DNA of 62,564 nt, the filler included. It is 4 parts of 4 records of this genome, joined end to end, with 100 filler letters (N's around TTAATTAATTAA, not from the genome) between each part and the next. Parts side by side here need not be neighbours in the genome. Positions count along the whole stretch, not along the records: positions 24,934 to 40,322 come from SRR31156797_14844; positions 40,423 to 46,978 come from SRR31156797_14921; 2 more parts are not named here. One strand, 5' to 3'. Positions within the stretch are counted from its first letter, which is position 1, and each line of letters opens with the position of its first letter. This document shows, piece after piece, positions 30,818 through 45,561 of the stretch. Made by a program: the position numbers and the translations under genes. Under the pieces are notes generated by a model. The model ran no database searches and was not told the origin of the DNA. It was given only the letters and a program-made list of their open reading frames with translations.

Positions 30818-32206
30818 ATGAAAACTAAAAAGATCTTTTTACCCGAATCGGAGATGCCGCGTCAATGGTACAATATTATGGCGGATATGCCCACGCCCAT
30901 GGAACCGCCATTACACCCAGGAACCGGACAACCGTGCGGCCCCGACGATCTAGCGCCAATTTTCCCCATGAACCTGATCGAGCAGGAAGTGAGCCAGGAG
31001 AGATGGATCGACATTCCCGAAGAGGTGCTGGAAAAATATGCCATCTGGCGGCCGAGCCCCCTTTACAGGGCTTACAATCTGGAAAAATTCCTCGATACGC
31101 CGGCCAAAATATATTTCAAGAACGAAGGTGTCAGCCCGGCCGGAAGTCACAAACCCAATACGGCCATTGCACAGGCCTATTACAACAAAGTGGCCGGCAC
31201 CAAAATGATCTGCACGGAAACGGGGGCCGGTCAGTGGGGAAGCGCCCTCTCCATGTGTTGCGCCTTTTTCGGCCTGGAATGTAAGGTCTTTATGGTCAAA
31301 ATCTCCTTTAACCAGAAACCGTATCGACGGCTCATGATGGAAACCTGGGGTGCTAAATGTGTTGCCAGTCCCAGTAGTGAAACCAACTCCGGACGGACCA
31401 TTCTGGAAAGGGACCCCGAATCGCCGGGAAGCCTGGGCATCGCCATCAGCGAGGCAGTGGAGGAAGCTGTCAATACCGATGGTGCCAAATATTCTTTGGG
31501 GAGCGTCCTGAATCATGTGATGCTGCATCAGACGGTCATCGGATTGGAAGCCCAGAAACAGATGGATATGGCCGGGGACTATCCGGATGTGGTCATCGGA
31601 TGTTCCGGAGGGGGGAGCAATTTCGCCGGGATCTGCCTCCCCTATGTGAGGGACAGGATCCATGGAAAAGACGTTGAAATTATCGGCGTAGAACCCAGTT
31701 CTTGCCCCACAATGACCAAGGGCCCCTTTGCCTATGACTTCGGGGACACGGTCCAAATGACCCCGCTGCTGCCCATGCATACGCTGGGGCATAATTTTGT
31801 GCCCGCACCCATTCACGCCGGGGGACTCAGGTATCACGGCATGGCCCCCATCATCAGCCAGCTGATAATGGACGAATTGATCCAGCCGGAATCCATGCAT
31901 CAAATGGAAACTTTCGAGGCCGGCGTCACATTTGCGCGAACCGAAGGATACATCAGCGCACCGGAGTGCAATCATGCCGTGGCCATGGCCATCCGTGAGG
32001 CCAAAAAAGCCAAGGAAGAAGGGAAGGAAAAGGTCATTCTGTTTAACTGGAGCGGGCACGGTCTTGTGGATATGGCGGCCTATCAGGCTTATTTTGAAGG
32101 CCGGCTCAAGGATCACCCCCTTCCGGAAGAAGAGATCAAACGGGCACTTGAGGACATCGCGCCACTACCCAAACCACAACAGTACAAGGGTAGTGATTTT
32201 GACTAG
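30818..32206 (+). CDS. trpB2: TrpB2-type tryptophan synthase beta-like PLP enzyme
   Basis: [18 protein letters not shown] (PLP Lys), [30 protein letters not shown]; no trpA adjacent. Confidence 0.92.
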   Translation: MKTKKIFLPESEMPRQWYNIMADMPTPMEPPLHPGTGQPCGPDDLAPIFPMNLIEQEVSQERWIDIPEEVLEKYAIWRPSPLYRAYNLEKFLDTPAKIYFKNEGVSPAGSHKPNTAIAQAYYNKVAGTKMICTETGAGQWGSALSMCCAFFGLECKVFMVKISFNQKPYRRLMMETWGAKCVASPSSETNSGRTILERDPESPGSLGIAISEAVEEAVNTDGAKYSLGSVLNHVMLHQTVIGLEAQKQMDMAGDYPDVVIGCSGGGSNFAGICLPYVRDRIHGKDVEIIGVEPSSCPTMTKGPFAYDFGDTVQMTPLLPMHTLGHNFVPAPIHAGGLRYHGMAPIISQLIMDELIQPESMHQMETFEAGVTFARTEGYISAPECNHAVAMAIREAKKAKEEGKEKVILFNWSGHGLVDMAAYQAYFEGRLKDHPLPEEEIKRALEDIAPLPKPQQYKGSDFD

Positions 32207-32224
32207 GTCTTGAAATTACAGCCC

Positions 32225-32257
32225 ACGGCCCCGGTAAAGCGTATTTACCGGGGCCGT
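32225..32257. terminator. GC-rich hairpin after trpB2 (terminator-like, no T-tract)
   Basis: 14-bp perfect IR ACGGCCCCGGTAAA / TTTACCGGGGCCGT. Confidence 0.5.
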
Positions 32258-32291
32258 ATGTGACAATGGCCTTTGAACAGGCGGATAAACC

Positions 32292-32573
32292 ATGACGGAA
32301 ATCACCCCCCCGACGGATGAGCAAACCATTCGATGCCCCAGACTGGGCCATCAGATCTCTTTTTCCTTTTGTCGCATTGAAAACCAAGGTCTGCCATGTT
32401 TTAAAACTTTGGATTGCTGGTATGCTCATTTTCCCGTGGAAGCCCACTTAAAGGCGGAATTGTCACCCGAACAATGGGAGAAATGGTTTGATCGTCCGGC
32501 GCAACCCAAAATGGCATCCCTGCTCGAACTGATCGAACAGGCCAAAAAAGTCAAGGAACAGGAAATCCGATAA
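32292..32573 (+). CDS. Small Cys-rich hypothetical protein
   Basis: RCPRLGH...FCR...LPC...DCW; 1 nt from the next gene. Confidence 0.72.
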   Translation: MTEITPPTDEQTIRCPRLGHQISFSFCRIENQGLPCFKTLDCWYAHFPVEAHLKAELSPEQWEKWFDRPAQPKMASLLELIEQAKKVKEQEIR

Positions 32574-32574
32574 A

Positions 32575-34502
<1,928 letters not shown>

Positions 34503-34539
34503 AATAAGGAAACAACCTGCCTCGTGAACAAATGACATC

Positions 34540-36402
34540 ATGAGCACCTATGATAAACAATACCATGTGATCGTTGTGGGTGCCGGTCACGCCGGTTGTG
34601 AAGCCGCTCTTGCCGCCGCAAGAATGGGACACCCCACGTTGCTGTTGACCATCAACCTGGACCATGTGGCCGCCATGAGCTGTAATCCGGCCATCGGCGG
34701 CCTGGCCAAAGGGCATCTGGTCAAGGAAATCGATGCCCTTGGCGGTGAAATGGCCAAAAATGCCGACGAAACGGGCATTCAGTTCCGGCGCCTCAACACA
34801 CGGAAAGGTCTGGCGGTGCAGGGATCCCGCTCCCAGAACGACCGAGACCTCTACCGAAAACGCATGAAGCGTGTGGTTGAAAGTGCGCCAAACCTGGATG
34901 TCCGTCAAGCCATGGTGGACCGTTTACTGGTCAAAGACGGAAAAATCCATGGTATTGAAACCCGAATTCACGAAAAATTCCTCGGGCGCACGGTGATCCT
35001 CACCAACGGCACTTTTCTTCGGGGATTGGTCCACATCGGTCTGGACCATTTTCCAGCTGGGCGCATGGGAGATCCCGCATCCACCCGATTGCCCGAGCAG
35101 CTGGCCGAATTGGGTTTTGAACTGGGTCGGCTAAAAACCGGCACCACCCCCAGGCTTAACGGCAGAACCATTGACTACGGCGGGCTCGTTGCCCAACCGG
35201 GGGATGAAAATCCAAAGCCTTTTTCCTTTACCACCACCCGGATTCTTTTGCCCCAGGTACCGTGTCATATTACCTACACCAACGCAAAAACCCACCATAT
35301 TATCCGTGAGGGTCTGGACCGCTCACCCCTTTTCAGCGGCATTATCGAAGGGACCGGTGCGCGGTATTGCCCATCCATTGAAGACAAGGTGGTACGGTTC
35401 GCCGAAAAAGAACGGCATCAGATTTTTCTTGAGCCGGAAGGGCTCGATACCCTTGAAGTCTATCCAAACGGTCTTCCCACGAGCCTGCCCGTTGACATCC
35501 AGGTCAGGATGGTGAGATCCATCCCGGGTCTGGAAAAAGCCGAAATCCTGCGGCCCGGTTATGCCATCGAATATGACTATATCAATCCTCTGGAACTGAA
35601 ACCCACCCAGGAAACCAAACGGGTGGCAGGCCTGTTTCACGCGGGCCAGATCAACGGCACCTCGGGCTATGAAGAAGCCGCGGCACAGGGGCTTCTGGCG
35701 GGTATCAACGCGGTCAGGAAAGTTCGCGAGGAAGCACCGGTGATCCTTTCCCGATCGGAAGCCTATACCGGTGTGTTGATTGACGATCTGGTGACAAAAG
35801 GGACCCGGGAACCGTACCGCATGTTCACCTCGCGGGCGGAATACCGGCTTTTGTTAAGGGAAGACAACGCCGATTTCCGGTTGCGGGATCTGGGTTATGA
35901 GCTGGGGCTGGTTTCGAAAGAAATCTACGCCGGATTTTGCCGGAAAAGAGACCGGGTTCAGAACCTGTTGGAAAGATTGAGGGGTATCATGTTGAAACCC
36001 CGCCCCGGAATTCAGGACAGGCTGAAAGAATTGAACACTCCACCCATCAAAAAAACCACCTCCCTTGAACAGCTCTTGAAACGAAGTGAAATCTTTTTTG
36101 AGCATCTCCATGAGTTCGATCCGGAACTGTCCAGTGAAGATGAAACCGTGGCCATGGAAGTGGAAACTCAAATAAAATATAGCGGGTATATAGAACGGCA
36201 GCGAAAACAGGTTGAAAAACTGAAACACCTGGAGTCAAAGAAACTTCCAGAAGGGATCGATTACGGAGCCGTTCACGGGCTATCCACCGAGGTAAGGGAG
36301 AAGCTCAGCAGGATCAGACCTTTGTCCCTGGGGCAGGCTGCCAGGATTTCAGGGGTAACACCGGCGGCCATCACCGCCATCCAGGTACACCTCAAACGAT
36401 GA
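34540..36402 (+). CDS. mnmG: tRNA uridine-5-carboxymethylaminomethyl(34) synthesis enzyme MnmG
   Basis: [59 protein letters not shown]. Confidence 0.98.
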   Translation: MSTYDKQYHVIVVGAGHAGCEAALAAARMGHPTLLLTINLDHVAAMSCNPAIGGLAKGHLVKEIDALGGEMAKNADETGIQFRRLNTRKGLAVQGSRSQNDRDLYRKRMKRVVESAPNLDVRQAMVDRLLVKDGKIHGIETRIHEKFLGRTVILTNGTFLRGLVHIGLDHFPAGRMGDPASTRLPEQLAELGFELGRLKTGTTPRLNGRTIDYGGLVAQPGDENPKPFSFTTTRILLPQVPCHITYTNAKTHHIIREGLDRSPLFSGIIEGTGARYCPSIEDKVVRFAEKERHQIFLEPEGLDTLEVYPNGLPTSLPVDIQVRMVRSIPGLEKAEILRPGYAIEYDYINPLELKPTQETKRVAGLFHAGQINGTSGYEEAAAQGLLAGINAVRKVREEAPVILSRSEAYTGVLIDDLVTKGTREPYRMFTSRAEYRLLLREDNADFRLRDLGYELGLVSKEIYAGFCRKRDRVQNLLERLRGIMLKPRPGIQDRLKELNTPPIKKTTSLEQLLKRSEIFFEHLHEFDPELSSEDETVAMEVETQIKYSGYIERQRKQVEKLKHLESKKLPEGIDYGAVHGLSTEVREKLSRIRPLSLGQAARISGVTPAAITAIQVHLKR

Positions 36403-37664
36403 TGGAAAACAGTATGATCAGGATTTTTTTCGTCACAATTTTTTTTCTGTTAGCGGTTTGCGGATGTGGCGATGAACCGGTTGCTTCAAAGGAAAGCCGG
36501 TTGCCTGAAAAAGAGATTTCCAAGGGAAAAAACCGTCATGTCAACGTGAAAACCGTTTCGGAGAACCCTCCAAAGGGGCATATCGAGTACGTGGGTGCGC
36601 TTCAAGCTTACCTCAAGGTCAGGATTTCCAATGAGATCGGCGGAATGATCGAACAACTCCACTTTGAGAAGGGAGAGCGGGTCAAGAAGGACGATCTTCT
36701 GGCGGAAATCGGCAGCAGCAGCATGCGCCTTCAGGTGCGTGAAGCCAAAGCCTTAAGGGATGCTGCAAAAAGCAATCTTAAGAAAATGGAGAAAGGGAGC
36801 CGGCCCCAGGAAATTCAGATTGCCACGGCGGTTGTGCAGGAAGCCGAAGCCGCCCTTTCAGAAGCGAAAAAAAATTTCAAACGGATTGATCGGCTTCATG
36901 AAATCCGTGCTGTTTCAAATAGCGCCTACGATTCGGCGGAACGGCAAATGACCACGGCCAATGCCAGAATGGCATCCGCCAAACAGCGGCTGGAACTGGC
37001 CCTGAAAGGTCCCCGCATTGAGGATGTGAACGCGGCCCGGGCCCAGCTGGGGCAGGCGGAAGCCGCTCTGGCGCTTATGGAAGACCGGTTGAAAAAATCC
37101 ATCATCCGAACGCCCATCAGCGGCACCATCGCCTACCGGGATGTGGAAGCGGGGGAGGTCATTCCGGCGGGAACTCCCATTACGTCGGTGATCGGTCTGG
37201 ATCGCCTCAAAATAAAGATTTCCGTGAACGAAAGAGACCTTCACATCCTTTCAAAGAAGAAGGATTTTGATTTTACGGTGGATGCCATCCCCCACGAGAC
37301 TTTTTCGGCACGGGTTTTTTTCCTGTCGCCCGCGGCGGAATCGGGCACCCGGTTTTTTCCCATGGAACTGTTGGTGGAGAATCCCGACCCCCGCATGGCG
37401 GACGGGATGACCGCAAGGATAAAGTTTCCCATCATGGGCAAAAAGGAATCCATTAAAATCCCCGCAAGCTGGCTGGCCGAACAAAACGGGCAGGTGGGGC
37501 TTTTTGTGGTCAACAACGGCAAAGCACTTTTCAAACCGGTTCGTTTGGGATCCTACTACGACAACCGGGTTGAGATCCTTACGGGCCTGGGGAACAGGGA
37601 AAAGGTTGTCACCAACCCCGCCGGCCTCAGGGATGGCGATCCGGTCGGCATAACGCCCCGTTAA
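36399..37664 (+). CDS. RND/HlyD-family periplasmic adaptor (membrane fusion protein)
   Basis: Lipoprotein-like signal (LAVCGC), lipoyl halves ([18 protein letters not shown]), long coiled coil, VRLG...VEILTGL. Confidence 0.88.
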   Translation: MMENSMIRIFFVTIFFLLAVCGCGDEPVASKESRLPEKEISKGKNRHVNVKTVSENPPKGHIEYVGALQAYLKVRISNEIGGMIEQLHFEKGERVKKDDLLAEIGSSSMRLQVREAKALRDAAKSNLKKMEKGSRPQEIQIATAVVQEAEAALSEAKKNFKRIDRLHEIRAVSNSAYDSAERQMTTANARMASAKQRLELALKGPRIEDVNAARAQLGQAEAALALMEDRLKKSIIRTPISGTIAYRDVEAGEVIPAGTPITSVIGLDRLKIKISVNERDLHILSKKKDFDFTVDAIPHETFSARVFFLSPAAESGTRFFPMELLVENPDPRMADGMTARIKFPIMGKKESIKIPASWLAEQNGQVGLFVVNNGKALFKPVRLGSYYDNRVEILTGLGNREKVVTNPAGLRDGDPVGITPR

Positions 37665-37688
37665 ACCAAATAATGCCTCTTGGGACAT

Positions 37689-40322
37689 CTACTTCTCCCT
37701 TTTGTTCGCCATCTTTTTCAGGGCCTCCAGATATCCCTGGAAGCAATTCAGATAAAAAGAGAGGGCCTTGGAGAAGTTCTTGCCTAACAATCCGCCAACG
37801 ATCAATAAACTGATCCTTTTCTGCCGGGCCAGTATCTGCTGGGAACTCACCAGAATCCGTTGCTCTTCGGAGGGGAGCGATTTCATGAGCAACCTCAGTG
37901 CGCTTCCCCCACGAGGCTGATACATCCAGAAATAGAGTAAATCCAGAGCGGAAATGATGATAATTTTTCCGAGATCCCGAATTTCACCGCTTTTTGCCGC
38001 ACCCAGTTTTTCGGGAGATTTCAAGATTTCCATGGTTCTGGTATCCGGAAACAGGAGTTCCAGCCTGGCATGGGTTTCAAATATCTGATTCAGCTTGGTG
38101 CGATAGTCCCTCATGCGTTTCCGAATGTTCTGGTACCGATCCGCCAAACCCTCGATAATGCCGGCCACCAGATCGCTTGCGCCCTTACTAATAACCGCGG
38201 CCCATTTTTGAAGGATGCCTTCAACGCCCGGAACGTGAAAAGCAACCAGGACACCGGCAGCGGCCCAATTGAACAACAGGGCCACGGGGATGCTTAAAAT
38301 ACTTCTGAACAGGTTCCCGTAGACCGCTCCTTTCGGCAATCCCCTGAAAATATTATGGCTGCACAGATACAACCCATTGGTAAGGGCCATGAAGCCATAG
38401 AGCGCCCCTGGGTTGGATGCGGCCGTAATACCGAAGCCCTCGCTTAAAATAACGGTTTTGGCCACATAATCGAGAAGCGGAACGGAAAACCCCGTAAAAA
38501 GCAGTGAATCCGCCAACCGCTCCCATTTCACATAATCATTCCACCTGAGCAGGGGGGAACGCCGGATGCCGCCGCCCCCCAGCACCGATTGAAGAATGTT
38601 CCTTAAACCCGTAATGCCGAACCAGATAAATGCACCGAAGTAGGCCAGAAACCACCAGTCTTTGGTCAGAGCGAAGGTGGCGAAGGCCGGAACAAAACCG
38701 ATAAAGATTTTCAGGAGATTTTTGAGCCCCGTGTTGAGATAACGCCAGGAGAGTCGGCGGGGCTTTTTTCGGGAGCCCGTGGGGCCAAGGGAAAAACCGT
38801 TGTCAGCATGTTTTTGAACACCCCCCAGGGTGATCACGTTCCCTTTTTTTTTATAGCGTGTGGATTCCTGTTCAATAACCCAGTCATGGGTCTTTCGCCT
38901 CCCCAAAAATTCCATGGCCGGAATACGACGAATCCACCGATAAAAAGTTTTTGCAAACGGTGTGGGACCGGATTTCGGGTGAATGGTTCCGCGTTTCAAA
39001 ACCCCAACGGAAATGGGTATTCGGTCGCGCGGGGATTCGATGCGGCCGATTGTCTTTTGAGCGCGGCGGGGCAGGGTGTTTAAAATGACCAGCCCCATGC
39101 CGTGCACCCGGGGGCTTCGGCCGGTGGAATCGCTGCCCATTCGTGCCTTCAAGGGGGCCCCCTTGTAGAAATCCCGCAGGGTGGCGATATCGTGAAGGAT
39201 ATTGGAAAGTTTTTCGATTCGATCCCTTTGTTGATCATCCTCAGACGAGGCCAGTCTGGCAATCATTTCGCGAATCAGTCTTTTCAGCTGGATCACATTA
39301 CCGAGGTTGATGGCCTGCTGAAGCCGGCTGATCTCGGGCACCTGATCCGTTTTTCCGGCCGCATAATCCTTTAGATTAAAAATTTCAAGGCGATTGATCA
39401 TCCCTTCACAATCATAGAGAAGCTCCAGAACGTCTTCCACTTGAAGATCGCTGAGATTCAAGGTGATGCGGTAACCCAGATGAAGCTGTGACAACCGGTA
39501 AATAATTTCTTTCGGCGAAAGCTTAAGCATGCCGGGAACTTCGGGTCCCTCTTGAGGGGAATAGGGGTCCGGGATTTGGGGGTTTTTTTCAGGCCGCAGG
39601 AATTGTTCCAGGATGGCATCCGGATCCATCTCATTCATGGTTTGCACCAGCCGCGCAATTTTCAGGCGTTCTTCGTGCCGGGATTTCGGGTAACGATCCC
39701 GGAGGATTCTCACCCGAGCCGCCATGGGGGGGAACATTTTAGCATATGCGAATTCCGCCAGATGAACCAGGGAGGGCTGTCCCGTTCCCACAAAGGATAG
39801 AAACGCCGAAGGGTCCAGAAAAGGGACTTGGAAACCCAGGTCTTTTTGAAGATTCGGCCCATGTACCGTGTTGAAAATTTGCAATACCTTCAAGACGTGG
39901 TCTTTCTGATAGCTACAGACTTTTTTTCCCTCCGCCATGAGTTCTTTAACGGAGGGCTCTTCGAGGAAACACAAAAAGTCTTGAGCATCGGAAAATCCCC
40001 TCGGTACCCACATGAGCTGGGCGTAGCGGTTTCGGAATGTTGCATAAAACTCTACTCCGATTCTTATGTCGATGCCCATGATCCGGGCCGCCTCCAGGAT
40101 CTCAACCGCAAACCTGGCTTCCAGGCAATTGTAATAGACCACCCGCAACCGACGGATCCCTTTGATCCAGGCATCCATGATCAGATGGCTGGAGGACTTT
40201 CGACCCTTGGTGTTGGCATCATGGACATGGTCGTCGAAGGAGAGCTGGCTCCACTCTTCCGGCATTTCCAGGAGGTGATAATGCCGAAGCTGTTTTCGAA
40301 TGATGCGGGGGTTCCCGGACAC
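37689..40322 (-). CDS. Hypothetical membrane protein with degenerate PHP-like domain (5' end truncated)
   Basis: DDHVHDANTKG...AWIKGIR...IGVEF...GSDSTG resembles PHP motifs; multi-pass hydrophobic C-terminal region; ORF runs into the N spacer. Confidence 0.65.
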   Translation of the reverse strand: MSGNPRIIRKQLRHYHLLEMPEEWSQLSFDDHVHDANTKGRKSSSHLIMDAWIKGIRRLRVVYYNCLEARFAVEILEAARIMGIDIRIGVEFYATFRNRYAQLMWVPRGFSDAQDFLCFLEEPSVKELMAEGKKVCSYQKDHVLKVLQIFNTVHGPNLQKDLGFQVPFLDPSAFLSFVGTGQPSLVHLAEFAYAKMFPPMAARVRILRDRYPKSRHEERLKIARLVQTMNEMDPDAILEQFLRPEKNPQIPDPYSPQEGPEVPGMLKLSPKEIIYRLSQLHLGYRITLNLSDLQVEDVLELLYDCEGMINRLEIFNLKDYAAGKTDQVPEISRLQQAINLGNVIQLKRLIREMIARLASSEDDQQRDRIEKLSNILHDIATLRDFYKGAPLKARMGSDSTGRSPRVHGMGLVILNTLPRRAQKTIGRIESPRDRIPISVGVLKRGTIHPKSGPTPFAKTFYRWIRRIPAMEFLGRRKTHDWVIEQESTRYKKKGNVITLGGVQKHADNGFSLGPTGSRKKPRRLSWRYLNTGLKNLLKIFIGFVPAFATFALTKDWWFLAYFGAFIWFGITGLRNILQSVLGGGGIRRSPLLRWNDYVKWERLADSLLFTGFSVPLLDYVAKTVILSEGFGITAASNPGALYGFMALTNGLYLCSHNIFRGLPKGAVYGNLFRSILSIPVALLFNWAAAGVLVAFHVPGVEGILQKWAAVISKGASDLVAGIIEGLADRYQNIRKRMRDYRTKLNQIFETHARLELLFPDTRTMEILKSPEKLGAAKSGEIRDLGKIIIISALDLLYFWMYQPRGGSALRLLMKSLPSEEQRILVSSQQILARQKRISLLIVGGLLGKNFSKALSFYLNCFQGYLEALKKMANKREK

Positions 40323-40422
40323 NNNNNNNNNNNNNNNNNNNNNNNNNNNNNNNNNNNNNNNNNNNNTTAATTAATTAANNNNNNNNNNNNNNNNNNNNNN
40401 NNNNNNNNNNNNNNNNNNNNNN
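40323..40422. other. Artificial contig-joining spacer
   Basis: N44-TTAATTAATTAA-N44. Confidence 0.98.
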
Positions 40423-40712
40423 AATATTGGCAAAGGTCAATCGGATATTGGAATCTAATCGAGGCGAGGAAGTCCGGCACTACCCGAGCAAACTTGAATG
40501 CAAAAGTATTAGCTGGATTTCCTTTATTGCAGCCACCGATGGACATATTAGAAGGTTTTTCACGCCACATTCATACATTAAGAGGTCGAGTGATCCATAA
40601 TGTTCAAGAATGCCAAACCCTCACCGAAATACGGGATACTCTTCTTCCCAAACTGATTTCTGGTGAAATCCGGGTCCCCGAAGCCGAGAAAGCCGCCGAG
40701 GAGGTGCTATGA
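40423..40712 (+). CDS. hsdS: Type I restriction specificity subunit, C-terminal fragment
   Basis: Frame open from the contig start: ...SGTTRANLN...LLQPP...LTEIRDTLLPKLISGEIRV, the classic HsdS C-terminal repeat. Confidence 0.9.
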
Positions 40713-42481
40713 GCCAGACCTTGTTCAAACGAGTGGATACGATCGTCGAATACCTAGTTGCGGCGGTGGAACAGGGTGCTATCGGTTTGCCGGACATACA
40801 GCGACCCTTTGTCTGGTCCACTGCCAAAGTCCGGGACTTGTTCGATTCCATGTTTCTCGGCTATCCGGTCGGCTACCTTCTGCTTTGGTCCAGTACGGAC
40901 GGCGGCCAGACGCGGCAGATCGGAACGACAGGGCACGGCACAGACCAGCCTACCACCCTGGTCATAGACGGCCAACAACGCTTGACTTCACTTTATGCGG
41001 TTATGAAAGGGAAACCGGTTCTGGACAAGAATTTCAAGGAAAGGACCATCAGCATCGCCTTTCACCCTCTTCAAGGAAAATTCGAGGTGACTTCGGCGGC
41101 CATTCGAAAAAGTACGGAATGGATACCGGACATCGCCAAAGTCTTCAACGAAGGGACCAGCGCGTACGGCATCATTCAGGGCTATTTGAGTGGCCTCAAA
41201 GCGGCCAGGGAGATAACGTCAGAAGAGGAAGCCTCAGCCGCGGGAAACATCGAGCAGCTTCTAAAACTCAAGAACTACCCGTTTTCCGCCTTGGAAATCA
41301 ATGCGGATGCTGATGAGGAACAGGTTTCAGACATCTTTGTCCGCACCAACAGCAAGAACCAACCGCTCAACCAGGCTGATTTCATTCTGACCCTTCTTTC
41401 CGTGTTTTGGGAGAAAGGCCGTGACGAGCTGGAAAACTTCTCTAAACTGTCACGTATTGCGCCGAAATCCGGCGACGGGCCGTCCCCGTTCAACCATCAT
41501 ATCGAACCGGATCCTGACCAGCTATTACGGGTGAGTATCGCCGTCGGTCTGAGAAGGGCGCGGTTGAAGTATGCTTATCAATTTTTAAGAGGGAAGGACC
41601 TTGAAACCGGAACGTATACGGAAGGCGTTAGAGAAGCCAATCTGGAAAAGCTCCGTCAGGCTCAAGTCCGGGTCTTGAACTTGTCCAAGTGGCACGAGTT
41701 CTTTAAATGCCTGACTTTCGCTGGTTTCAAGGGCGCAAGCCAGATATCGTCAAAAAACGCCCTTCTCTACTCTTACACCTTTTTTCTAATCGGTTTGGAC
41801 GAATTCAAGGTCGAACCAAACCAATTGCGCCGCTTGATTGGGCGATTGTTCTTTATGATAACCCTGACAGGTCGATACACCAGTTCCCCGGAATCGGAGA
41901 TGGACGAGGACTTGGCCCGATTTCGCGGGATCAAAACAGCTGACCAATTTGTCGAAATCCTAGAGCGCATCATCACCGACCGTTTGACGAGCGATTTTTG
42001 GACAATAACCCTGCCAAACGAGTTGGAAACGTCCAGCACCATTGCAGCCGTTCTGAATGCATACCATGCCGCACAGATCATCCTTGAAGTTAAAGGTCTC
42101 TTTTCGAATGCCAAGGTGGCCGAATTAATGGACCCTGGCCTATCAGCACCGAAATCGGCCCTGGAGCGCCACCATCTATTCCCGAAAGGCTATTTGAGAA
42201 CTCTGGACATCACAGAGGTGCGTGAAACCAACCAGATTGCGAATTTCGCACTTGTTGAATGGGGCGACAATATTGCCATCAAGGACAAGCCGCCGTCCAA
42301 ATATGTCCGTATTTACGAAAAACGATTCAAAAAAAATGAGATAGCCCGGTTTTACAGGGACCATGCTTTGCCAGATGACTGGTATGAAATGGAGTATTTC
42401 GATTTCCTGGAGGCACGGCGAAAGCTCATGGCGCAGGTAATCCGTCGGGCCTTCGTAAGAATTACAGGGCTGGGATCATGA
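40709..42481 (+). CDS. GmrSD-type (DUF262 + DUF1524/HNH) modification-dependent restriction protein
   Basis: [26 protein letters not shown] (DUF262); LERHHLFPK and IANFAL..DN (DUF1524-like HNH). Confidence 0.88.
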   Translation: MSQTLFKRVDTIVEYLVAAVEQGAIGLPDIQRPFVWSTAKVRDLFDSMFLGYPVGYLLLWSSTDGGQTRQIGTTGHGTDQPTTLVIDGQQRLTSLYAVMKGKPVLDKNFKERTISIAFHPLQGKFEVTSAAIRKSTEWIPDIAKVFNEGTSAYGIIQGYLSGLKAAREITSEEEASAAGNIEQLLKLKNYPFSALEINADADEEQVSDIFVRTNSKNQPLNQADFILTLLSVFWEKGRDELENFSKLSRIAPKSGDGPSPFNHHIEPDPDQLLRVSIAVGLRRARLKYAYQFLRGKDLETGTYTEGVREANLEKLRQAQVRVLNLSKWHEFFKCLTFAGFKGASQISSKNALLYSYTFFLIGLDEFKVEPNQLRRLIGRLFFMITLTGRYTSSPESEMDEDLARFRGIKTADQFVEILERIITDRLTSDFWTITLPNELETSSTIAAVLNAYHAAQIILEVKGLFSNAKVAELMDPGLSAPKSALERHHLFPKGYLRTLDITEVRETNQIANFALVEWGDNIAIKDKPPSKYVRIYEKRFKKNEIARFYRDHALPDDWYEMEYFDFLEARRKLMAQVIRRAFVRITGLGS

Positions 42482-45400
42482 GTGGGTTTGAATCCGTAGT
42501 GGAAGAAGCCGCAATCGAGTACTTTCAGGCGCTCGGTTACTCTTTTGCTCCAGGCGGCGACATCGTACCTGACGGACAATCACCGGAACGGGCCAGTCAC
42601 AAAACCGTTATCCTGGAAGGGCGTTTACGGTCGGCGCTGGCCCGGATAAATTTCCAGTTGCCGCCGGAAGCCATAGACGATGCAGCCCGGAAAGTGTTAT
42701 TGCCGTCCATCCCGTCTGTTGAGGAAGCCAATTTGGCGTTTCGCCGAATGCTGACCAAAGGAATTGAAGTTCAAGTCCGAAGATACGGTGATATACGCGG
42801 GGACTTGGCTTGGCTAATCGATTTTAATAACCCGGATAACAATGATTGGCTAGTTGTTAATCAATTCACCGTTATTGAAGGTAAATATATACGCCGCCCT
42901 GACCTTGTAGTATTCATCAACGGTCTGCCAATCGCTGTTATTGAGTTGAAAAACCCAGAAGATACAGGCGCGACGGTAAAATCCGCCTGGAATCAGCTCC
43001 AAACATATAAAACGCAGATCTCCAGTCTGTTTAATACAAATGAACTGTTAGTGGTCTCTGACGGAACTGATTCCAGGGTAGGCAGCCTCACAGCGGGATT
43101 TGAACGGTTCGGCCCTTGGAGAACCATTGATGGTATGGAATTTGCCCCGGACGCTGCCCCTAAGCTGAAAGTCCTCATCGAAGGATTATTTGAGAAGAGC
43201 CGATTTTTAAACTATCTCCGGCACTTCGCATTTTGGGAGACAGATGAGGGTTATGTTAAAAAGATTGCCGGGTATCACCAGTTTCACGCAGTAAACAAGG
43301 CTGTTGATGCCACTGTGGAAGCCTCAAGCATTGAAGGCGACCGCCGGATCGGGGTTGTGTGGCACACGCAAGGGTCTGGTAAAAGCGTCACTATGGCCTA
43401 CTTTGCGGGAAAAATAATTCTGCATCCGAACATGGAGAATCCAACGCTGGTAGTTATTACCGACCGAAATGACCTGGACAACCAGCTCTTCGGCCAATTT
43501 GCCGCAGCCAAGGACATCATTCCATCGCCAGAGCAGGCCGAGTCACGTGAACACTTAAGGCAGTTATTACAAGTGGCGAGTGGGGGCGTTGTCTTCACTA
43601 CGATCCAAAAATTCAGTACCGCCAAAGGTGAGCGGATGCCGCTGTTGTCCAACCGTAGGAACATCGTTGTGATTGCCGACGAGGCCCATCGTAGTCAGTA
43701 CGAATTTATAGAGGGATTTGCCCGGAATCTGCGTGACGCCTTGCCTAAAGCATCTTTTATCGGGTTTACCGGAACGCCGATTGAGTTTGAGGATAAGTCA
43801 ACGCCTGAGGTCTTCGGGGACTATATTGATACATACACTATCAGCCAGGCAGTTGAAGACGGAGCCACAGTACCAATCTATTACGAGGCCCGGTTGGCTA
43901 AAATAGAGCTCCCAAATGAAAAGAAGCCCCGCATTGATGAAGAATTCGAGGATGTAACCGAAGCCGAGGAGCAGACGATCAAAGACAAGCTGAGGACCAC
44001 TTGGTCCAAGCTTGAAGCGCTTGTTGGTGCTGAGAAACGGCTCAAACTTGTGGCCGAGGATATTCTAAACCATTGGGACCGGAGGGAAGAGATTCTTGAC
44101 GGTAAGGCAATGGTCGTTTGCATGAGCAGACGTATCTGCGTTGACCTATACAATATGATAAAAGAATTTCGACCAGCATGGCATTCAGTGCGAAATTCGC
44201 AAGGAAAAATAAAAGTTGTCATGACCGGCTCTGCCGGCGATCCGGAGTCATTCCAACCGCACGTAAGAAATAAGGCTGGCACCAAGGTTATCGAAAAGCG
44301 GTTTAAGGATCCAGACGACCCCTTGGAAATAGTTATTGTCAGGGATATGTGGCTGACCGGTTTCGATGTACCTTGTGCCAATACGCTATACATTGACAAA
44401 CCGATGAAGGGCCACACTCTTATGCAGGCCATCGCCCGTGTCAACCGTGTGTTTCGAGACAAGCCCAGTGGCCTGGTTGTGGACTACCTGGGCGTGGCCG
44501 AGCAGTTAAAAAAGGCCGTCGGGCAGTATGGCGGTCGTAGTGGGGACCGGCCTGGTTTACCAGTTGAGCAGGCGCTAGCCATATTGGTTGAGAAATTCGA
44601 CGTGGTAAAGGCTATGTATCATGGTTTCGATTATCAGGGATACTTTTCTACTGCATCCACGGAACGGCTGGAAACCCTTGCCGCTGCTGCAAACCATATA
44701 CTTAGCCTGGAAGATGGAAAGAAACGATACCTTGACAACATGAGAGCCCTAAACAAAGCTGCCGGTATCGCTATCCACCTTGAAGGGGCGCGGCGCCTAA
44801 GGGATGATGTCGGATTCTTCCAGGCGGTGGAAAAGAATATACGTAAATACTCGACCAATGGCACCGGCAAGACCAAGGAAGAGCTAAACGCCGCCATCCG
44901 GCAGATCATTTCTGGTGCTGTAGCTTCTGATGGTGTGATCGACATCTTTTCCGCCGCGGGCTTGAAAAAACCGGACATTTCGATTTTGTCTGATGAATTT
45001 TTGGAAACCGTCAAAGAAAGCAAACACAAGAACCTTCAAATCGAACTGTTGAAAAAACTCCTAAACGATGAAATTCGACACCAGAGCCGTAACAACGTGG
45101 TCCTCGCCCGGAAATTCTCCGAAATGCTGGAAAAGACCCTTCTTGCCTATCAAAACCGATCTCTCGAGGCCGCACAGGTCATAATGGAATTGATCGAAAT
45201 GGCCAAGGAGATGCGGGACGCACCCCGACGGGGTGATGCGCTAGGGCTGACTGAGGACGAAATGGCCTTTTATGATGCCTTGGCGGCCCACGGGAACGTC
45301 CGCAAAGTCATGGGGGATGAAGTGCTTGCCGATATAGCCCACGACCTCGTGGACGCAATAAGGTCGTCGGTTACGATTGACTGGATTCAAAAGGAAGCCG

Positions 45401-45537
45401 TCCGCGCCAGGATGCGAGCCAAAGTTAAGCGTCTGCTGCGAAAGCACGGTTACCCGCCAGATAAGCGGGATGAGGCGGTTTTAACTGTGATCGAACAGGC
45501 AGAAAATGTGTGCCGTGAGTGGGGAAACCAGATATAG
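42478..45537 (+). CDS. hsdR: Type I restriction endonuclease subunit R
   Basis: [20 protein letters not shown] nuclease motif, [34 protein letters not shown]-terminal LRKHGYPPD. Confidence 0.97.
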   Translation: MSGFESVVEEAAIEYFQALGYSFAPGGDIVPDGQSPERASHKTVILEGRLRSALARINFQLPPEAIDDAARKVLLPSIPSVEEANLAFRRMLTKGIEVQVRRYGDIRGDLAWLIDFNNPDNNDWLVVNQFTVIEGKYIRRPDLVVFINGLPIAVIELKNPEDTGATVKSAWNQLQTYKTQISSLFNTNELLVVSDGTDSRVGSLTAGFERFGPWRTIDGMEFAPDAAPKLKVLIEGLFEKSRFLNYLRHFAFWETDEGYVKKIAGYHQFHAVNKAVDATVEASSIEGDRRIGVVWHTQGSGKSVTMAYFAGKIILHPNMENPTLVVITDRNDLDNQLFGQFAAAKDIIPSPEQAESREHLRQLLQVASGGVVFTTIQKFSTAKGERMPLLSNRRNIVVIADEAHRSQYEFIEGFARNLRDALPKASFIGFTGTPIEFEDKSTPEVFGDYIDTYTISQAVEDGATVPIYYEARLAKIELPNEKKPRIDEEFEDVTEAEEQTIKDKLRTTWSKLEALVGAEKRLKLVAEDILNHWDRREEILDGKAMVVCMSRRICVDLYNMIKEFRPAWHSVRNSQGKIKVVMTGSAGDPESFQPHVRNKAGTKVIEKRFKDPDDPLEIVIVRDMWLTGFDVPCANTLYIDKPMKGHTLMQAIARVNRVFRDKPSGLVVDYLGVAEQLKKAVGQYGGRSGDRPGLPVEQALAILVEKFDVVKAMYHGFDYQGYFSTASTERLETLAAAANHILSLEDGKKRYLDNMRALNKAAGIAIHLEGARRLRDDVGFFQAVEKNIRKYSTNGTGKTKEELNAAIRQIISGAVASDGVIDIFSAAGLKKPDISILSDEFLETVKESKHKNLQIELLKKLLNDEIRHQSRNNVVLARKFSEMLEKTLLAYQNRSLEAAQVIMELIEMAKEMRDAPRRGDALGLTEDEMAFYDALAAHGNVRKVMGDEVLADIAHDLVDAIRSSVTIDWIQKEAVRARMRAKVKRLLRKHGYPPDKRDEAVLTVIEQAENVCREWGNQI

Positions 45538-45561
45538 AATGATTTGAAGAGTATTGTCGCC

